A DNA stretch of 64,000 nucleotides. It comes from Leptogorgia sarmentosa (taxonomy: Eukaryota). The notes under the pieces are model-generated. The model was not told the DNA's origin and ran no database searches. It saw only the letters and a list, made by a program, of their open reading frames with translations. Positions 58,969 through 64,000 of this stretch are shown piece after piece. Location of the stretch: positions 7,564,001-7,628,000 of the forward strand of contig OZ210885.1 of assembly GCA_964658305.1 (NCBI GenBank), in the 5' to 3' direction. Position 1 is the first letter of the stretch; each line of letters begins with the position of its first letter. Position numbers and translations under genes: made by a program.

Positions 58969-60492
58969 TGATGTGCAAGAATCTATGAAGATTTGTACAT
59001 CCGCTTCATCTTTGTTTCCTTCTATGAAACTCTTTAATCTGGCGGGCTGATAAAAACTTATAATATTTCGAATTAATGAGTCTTAGGTGACGAGGATCTG
59101 TTATATTAAGCAGGTTTATCAATATTTTGGGCAGATTTTTAGATTTAAATTGAAACACTGCTCAGTTTATGTTACACGGGATGATTTCCAAAGACGAATC
59201 TCAATGCAAATGAAGTTGCACGAGGCAGCCCGTTGTGGTGCGAATTGTCGTTGAAGATCGTTTTGTGTGACATCGACTCAGTTTACACAATGGATTTCTT
59301 GCAACTTGCAGTGCAATTCTGTTGAGAGAACTTAGCCAATATGCATCTTTATTATATTTGCTAATGTATTCTTCATAAATCAATACTAATTAAAACCTCT
59401 CAAATGTAGAATTATGTGGTAAGAAATGTTGGGCGGTGTGACAGGATCTTATCAACATCTTTATACTTGAAACAACAAAGTCTGAAACAACAAACCTGCT
59501 GTTGCATGTCCATTTACTTGTGGCATTTACTGCATTCTAGTTACCGTGTTTACAAGATTGCCCGTTTTTTTGACCATAGGAGGTACGATTTCCTGGCAAC
59601 CATGGCAACAGTGATTTCAACAAACATATTTTTGTGGTCAGTGAACCTTACCTGACAACATAGGATGAGTGCCATGCCAAAAAAGTATCGGAAAATTTTG
59701 TTTTTAGTATTGGACCCCCCTGAATATACAAAAACTCAAAATTCATAATTAAGTAAATACCCAAAGTCTAAATAACGAAATGCTGATATAAAATAAAAAA
59801 CACAATCGTATTGTCCGATATTTAATACGAGTAAATTGTAATTAACTGAAACAATATATACAAATGAAAACAACCTAAGTTCAAAAATAATTTCAATACT
59901 AAGTCTAAATGTGACCTTCCATGGGATTTCACACGTTAACGATTTTTCGTTGAAACGGCAAAACAAACGGTAAACGAACGGATAGCAAACGCTTTGTGTA
60001 AACGTTTCAACGATCTTTCAAAACGTTCGAACGATATCGGCAAAAAAATTTAACGGAAAATCCCAAAAATTTTAACGGTTTGAAAAACGTTTTCGTGAAG
60101 CCGTTCAAACGGTATACTTTGAAACGTTTATCGACACAGTCATTCAGTCAAACGCTTTTGTGAGCAAGCTTTAAAACTTAAGAATTGCAAATGGCAACAA
60201 CATTGCCACAAAATTTAGCTATATAACTCGGTAGTACTATACCGCCTATATGGCGCCGGAAGTAATTAGTATGCAGAAGTGTGTCCAAGATAGTGCCGGA
60301 AGTAAATAGTATGCAGAAGTGTGTCCAAGATAGCGCCGGAAGTAAATAGTATGCAGTGCGCGCCGGAAGTAAATAATATGCATTAGGAATATAGCGGAAA
60401 AAGTAATTAGTATGCGCGCCAGAGGTAATTAATATACAGGAGCGAGTAATTAGTATCGGTGTATTATTAACATTTTCAAAAAATATTTGCAG

Positions 60493-60947
60493 TTAAATGG
60501 AGTGCCAGAGGCATCCACAGTGTGTAATTTCTCCGCACTCTATGGAGAAATTGAAAGTTAATCGTTTGAATGTTTCTTTTACAGTGTCTACACATTTTTT
60601 GTGCACATGTGTCCCGCAGCAGTCGGTTTCTTGCTGCTCTTCGTCTTCGTTTTTCGTTTTCAAACACAACCAGCATAGTTCTTTATCTGGAAACGCCGTT
60701 CGACAGTGGCCGCATCTCACGGTTCCGGGCGTTGTGCTTCTTGCTGCCCACTGTCGAAAACACTCAGGATGGGCTCTTTGACGGCAGCAGTCCATGGTCA
60801 TGGCCAACATTTCGTTTAATTCGATGTCTTCATAACAGAAGTAGCACCGCCCTTTCTCGTCTTTATTTTCTGTTAGGATCCAAAGAGAGGAATGATGGTT
60901 GTGTACATCTCGTCTTCTGGTTCTGGTAGAACGCCAATCTTTTCCAT
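60493..60947 (-). pseudogene. RING-finger protein gene, frameshift near 5' end
   Basis: CYFCYEDIELNEMLAMTMDCCRQRAHPECFRQW...RCGHCR plus a second Cys cluster; ATG 60947 preceded by TATAAAT and TCAGT. Confidence 0.7.
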
Positions 60948-61037
60948 TCCGATGTGTGACTGATGTTGATGAGGAAGCGCATTTATACTAAGTTAATATG
61001 CAGGAGCGAGTGATTGGTATCGGTGACGTGCGCCAGT

Positions 61038-61511
61038 ACCGAACTTAAGCAAACGATGTTTTTACGGCGACGGCGACGTCAACCAACCGTTTAAGACTGG
61101 ACCGAGAACGGGGTTTTCGCGCGAAAAACAAATCATTAAGCATAGCAAACAATTTCAGGGACGGCGACGCCGGACTAAAAATACATCATGTCACATTGTC
61201 GACGACATGCTAGTATCGATGCATTAACTAAACAAATACAAATTTTAGTCTAAATTTACCTATCCAATAAAGGAAAAGTATGGCAAAAGTTATGGGATCA
61301 CCAATAATTTGAAAACTTGAATGGATTAAAGGTTTTAATGGCTGTACTTACCCGCGTTTTCGCCACAACGCCAAAGTATGAATCTTCAGGTCGTCGCCGG
61401 GACGTTAACGGCAAGACATGTGCAATTGCTATGCACAGTAACGCTCGTTCCAGTCCAAACAGAGAGCTGACGTCACCGTCGTCGTGAAAACGTCGTCTGC
61501 TTAAGTTCGCT
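61038..61511. mobile_element. MITE (PIF/Harbinger-like) inserted in the tandem repeat region
   Basis: CGAACTTAAGCAAACGATGTTTT / AAAACGTCGTCTGCTTAAGTTCG. Confidence 0.75.
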
Positions 61512-61871
61512 ATTAATAGCAGGGTATACATACACCATCTTCGGTAATTAGTATTGGAAAAAGTAATTAATACGAGGTACTCGGCTGAGAGGTGTTAATG
61601 ATGTATCGTAAAATTAGTATTGCGGTGATGTACGCCATTAATAGCAGGGTATACATACACCATCTTCGGTAATTAGTATTGGAAAAAGTAATTAATACGA
61701 GGTACTCGGCTGAGAGGTGTTAATGATGTATCGTAAAATTAGTATTGCGGTGATGTACGCCATTAATAGCAGGGTATACATACACCATCTTCGGTAATTA
61801 GTATTGGAAAAAGTAATTAATACGAGGTACTCGGCTGAGAGGTGTTAATGATGTATCGTAAAATTAGCATT
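61512..61871. repeat. 125-bp tandem repeat, ~2.9 copies
   Basis: attaatagcagggtatacatacacc at 61512, 61637, 61762. Confidence 0.95.
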
Positions 61872-62069
61872 GTTATTGTAACAGTGTATAGCGCTAGTGT
61901 GTTGGAGATTTAGAGGCAAATCTTTTGGCAAAGATACGGTTTTTTGAAGCAAAATTATTACAAGGTAAGTTATCAAATGTTTATATCAAACAGGGAGAAT
62001 GATAGAATACTAATGTGCCGATGAAAACGTATAAAAGCTGGTGATATACTATTTTTATTCAGTTTCGAG

Positions 62070-62529
62070 ATGGATTGCCTACATGGAAAACCAGCATCAA
62101 GTTCAACTACGAAAAATGGATCCTTTTGGTTTTGTGGGCAAAACCCCAGCTGTAGTTTCATTTGTACAGAGGAGGAAGGTTTTTTAATTCAATAATTAAA
62201 TAATTTTTTTGGTCAAGGACATGTTGAAAGAGAGCTTTGGTCGACCGTATTTTACATGCTCGGTGCGCGAAGATCCATGCTCCCTATGGATGTGGGCTGA
62301 CGAGAACCATGTGGAGAAACCGAATTGTCATCACGGACAATCGTGTGCCATGAGGAAAGTTAAAAAGCCAGGTCTTAACACAGGGCGAAAGTTCTTCTGT
62401 TGTCCGAATGACAAAGAATCGTCTTGCAAGTACTTTGAGTGGGTACCGGAGGAGCCTTATCAAGATGTCAGTTTTGCGAAACCCGTTTCAAGTATCATAA
62501 ACGATTTTCCTATTAGTTGGAACATTTGA
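62070..62529 (+). pseudogene. Multi GRF-type zinc finger protein, internally disrupted
   Basis: MDCLHGKPASSSTTKNGSFWFCGQNPSCSF... then GRPYFTC and CHHGQSCAMRKVKKPGLNTGRKFFCCPNDKESSCKYFEW; TATAAAAG at 62030, TCAGT at 62059. Confidence 0.8.
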
Positions 62530-62591
62530 ACATTTTATTTGAACAGTTTTTATTTAAACACTTTTATAAGTATTATTTTTAAAAACTCTTA

Positions 62592-62792
62592 TTAAAAATC
62601 ATTAAAGTCTAAATGGTCTAAAAAATAGAAATTGTTCCAGTCCAGGGAGGCCATGAGGTCATCCACGTCGGGTACCGGGGATGGGACTTCTTCAAGGGGG
62701 TTTACTGGGGGTTCTTGGAGGACTTCATCGAGCGCTGCTTCTTGGGCTTGATCCAGATCATCGTCCTCTTCGACATATTGATCCTCGAACAT
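62592..62792 (-). CDS. Small acidic protein (66 aa), unknown function
   Basis: ATG-initiated D/E-rich ORF convergent with the GRF gene; stop overlaps AATAA. Confidence 0.4.
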   Translation of the reverse strand: MFEDQYVEEDDDLDQAQEAALDEVLQEPPVNPLEEVPSPVPDVDDLMASLDWNNFYFLDHLDFNDF

Positions 62793-63274
62793 TTGTAATA
62801 AATGAGGGTCTTCTAATTGGTCTAAAAAATAGAAATTGTATAATCATAATAATCTCTTTCGGAGATGTTAGGCTGTACTATTGCACTATAACCAGGTTTC
62901 TCATTCTATCCAATCGCATATTTGCCATTAACCTAAGCCTGTAAACCAGTTGCCCTTACAGCTACACTTCATACAATAACTATAGCATTTTGCACAAAGT
63001 CCACTTAATAAAAACCAATGGAAAAACTCTTTCCATGATCAATTAGATTTTTTGTCATTAGTCATGGATTCGAAGGTTTTCCAGCCTATCGCGAATAGCT
63101 TTACTGTGCTGGAATTACATCTTTATTAATCGTGTCATCAAGCAAAAACGGTAAAATGAGAAAATACTTTTCTTCCGTTAGGGGTGAATTTTTTTCCGTA
63201 CGGACGTCCAAGCCGGTAAATAACATTTATTTATTTTTAGTTTATATTTTCTTCGGAAGGTTTTCATGGTGTCA

Positions 63275-63348
63275 GTCTCTGTGGCGCAATCGGTTGGCGC
63301 GTTCGGCTGTTAACCGAAAGGTTGTTGGTTCGAGTCCAACCAGGGACT
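63275..63348 (+). tRNA. tRNA-Asn(GTT)
   Basis: Complete body; discriminator differs from other copies. Confidence 0.88.
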
Positions 63349-63577
63349 TGTTGGTGTGATGTTATTCAGACGTCGTATTTCGTAACAAGGGGCGGATCCA
63401 GGCCATATCGAACGTATCAGCTGATACGGTCAGAAAAAATGCAATAATAATGGATATTATTTTTTGACCTAAATCTAATTTTTGCCAATGCCACATTGAA
63501 GGGGAATACGAAAAAGAACTTCAACGGTGACAATGCACGCATTGGTGATTACAATACTTTTTGGTGTTTGAAACAGA

Positions 63578-63643
63578 TGCCGTGACCAGGATTCGAACCT
63601 GGGTTATTGCGGCCACAACTACTAACCACTATACGATCACGGT
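63578..63643 (-). pseudogene. tRNA-His(GTG) with 6-nt deletion
   Basis: 5' anticodon stem missing. Confidence 0.85.
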
Positions 63644-63752
63644 GACTACGCTGGAAGATTGGAAAATATTTTGGAACTGCTGAGATATTACATTAATCCC
63701 ATATTTTTCTTCCTAAGTACAAAGTACATTAGAGAAAATTGATACCATCAAT

Positions 63753-63811
63753 GGCTTGCTGGTCTAGTGGTATGATTCTTGCTTTGGGTGCGAGAGGTCA
63801 CGGGTTCGATT
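63753..63811 (+). pseudogene. tRNA-Pro(TGG), 3' truncated
   Basis: Ends after GGTTCGATT. Confidence 0.85.
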
Positions 63812-63959
63812 GCTGTCGAAATTCTGTTCTTTATTCCCGTTCAATGTGGCCTTGTCAAAAAAGTTGTCAATAGTGTCAGTCTCAGTGGCGCATTCGGCTG
63901 TTAACCGAAACGATTTACGGAAGCTTTCAAAATAGAGAAGGTCTTGCTTGGTTAATAAA

Positions 63960-64000
63960 GGGCTTGCAAACGAATCCAACCCGTGGCCTCTCGCACCCAA
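63960..64000 (-). pseudogene. tRNA-Pro 3' part, degenerate, runs off the window
   Basis: gggcttgcaaacgaatccaacccgtggcctctcgcacccaa. Confidence 0.7.

Larger units (their letters stand above)
60230..62830. mobile_element. Polinton/Maverick-like terminal segment, copy 2, with small intronless genes
   Basis: GGTAGT terminus (AGTAGT in copy 1), tandem CCGGAAGT units, RING ORF, 125-bp tandem repeat, GRF-finger ORF, acidic ORF; no core Polinton gene visible. Confidence 0.55.

Noticed and set aside
61512..61871. CRISPR-like reading of the 125-bp repeat
   Set aside because: Units are contiguous and identical with no unique spacers

Overview
AT-rich, intron-containing animal genomic DNA. The repeat families and gene style suggest a cnidarian (anthozoan), which is inference. 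Left third: the last three exons of a WD40-repeat gene (+), a nested cluster of non-autonomous Crypton-like elements, and a complete 14-exon VLDLR-architecture receptor gene (+, 13668-20374). 21.6-32.6 kb: a dense cluster of about 40 tRNA genes and pseudogenes built from inverted duplications. Right half: a transposon graveyard containing hAT, Harbinger and CACTA-type insertions, a CR1/L2-type LINE with intact ORF2, an RLE-type non-LTR fragment inside (ATT)n, a tyrosine-recombinase relic, two Polinton-like termini, a degenerate Hook-like gene and more tRNAs. Best leads: (1) Crypton-like ends share a strand-specific hairpin design (tandem GA/GA mismatches, GNA triloop) across different sequences, become a longer palindrome when the ends are joined, and stack head-to-tail, which suggests a folded-ssDNA recombination substrate like integron attC or CTXphi attP; (2) tRNA-Thr(AGT) genes with a canonical 12-nt intron; (3) an in-frame UGA-CUAG readthrough-type junction between LINE ORF1 and an ORF2 with no ATG before its endonuclease domain. 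All coordinates and alignments were read by eye; no searches were run.
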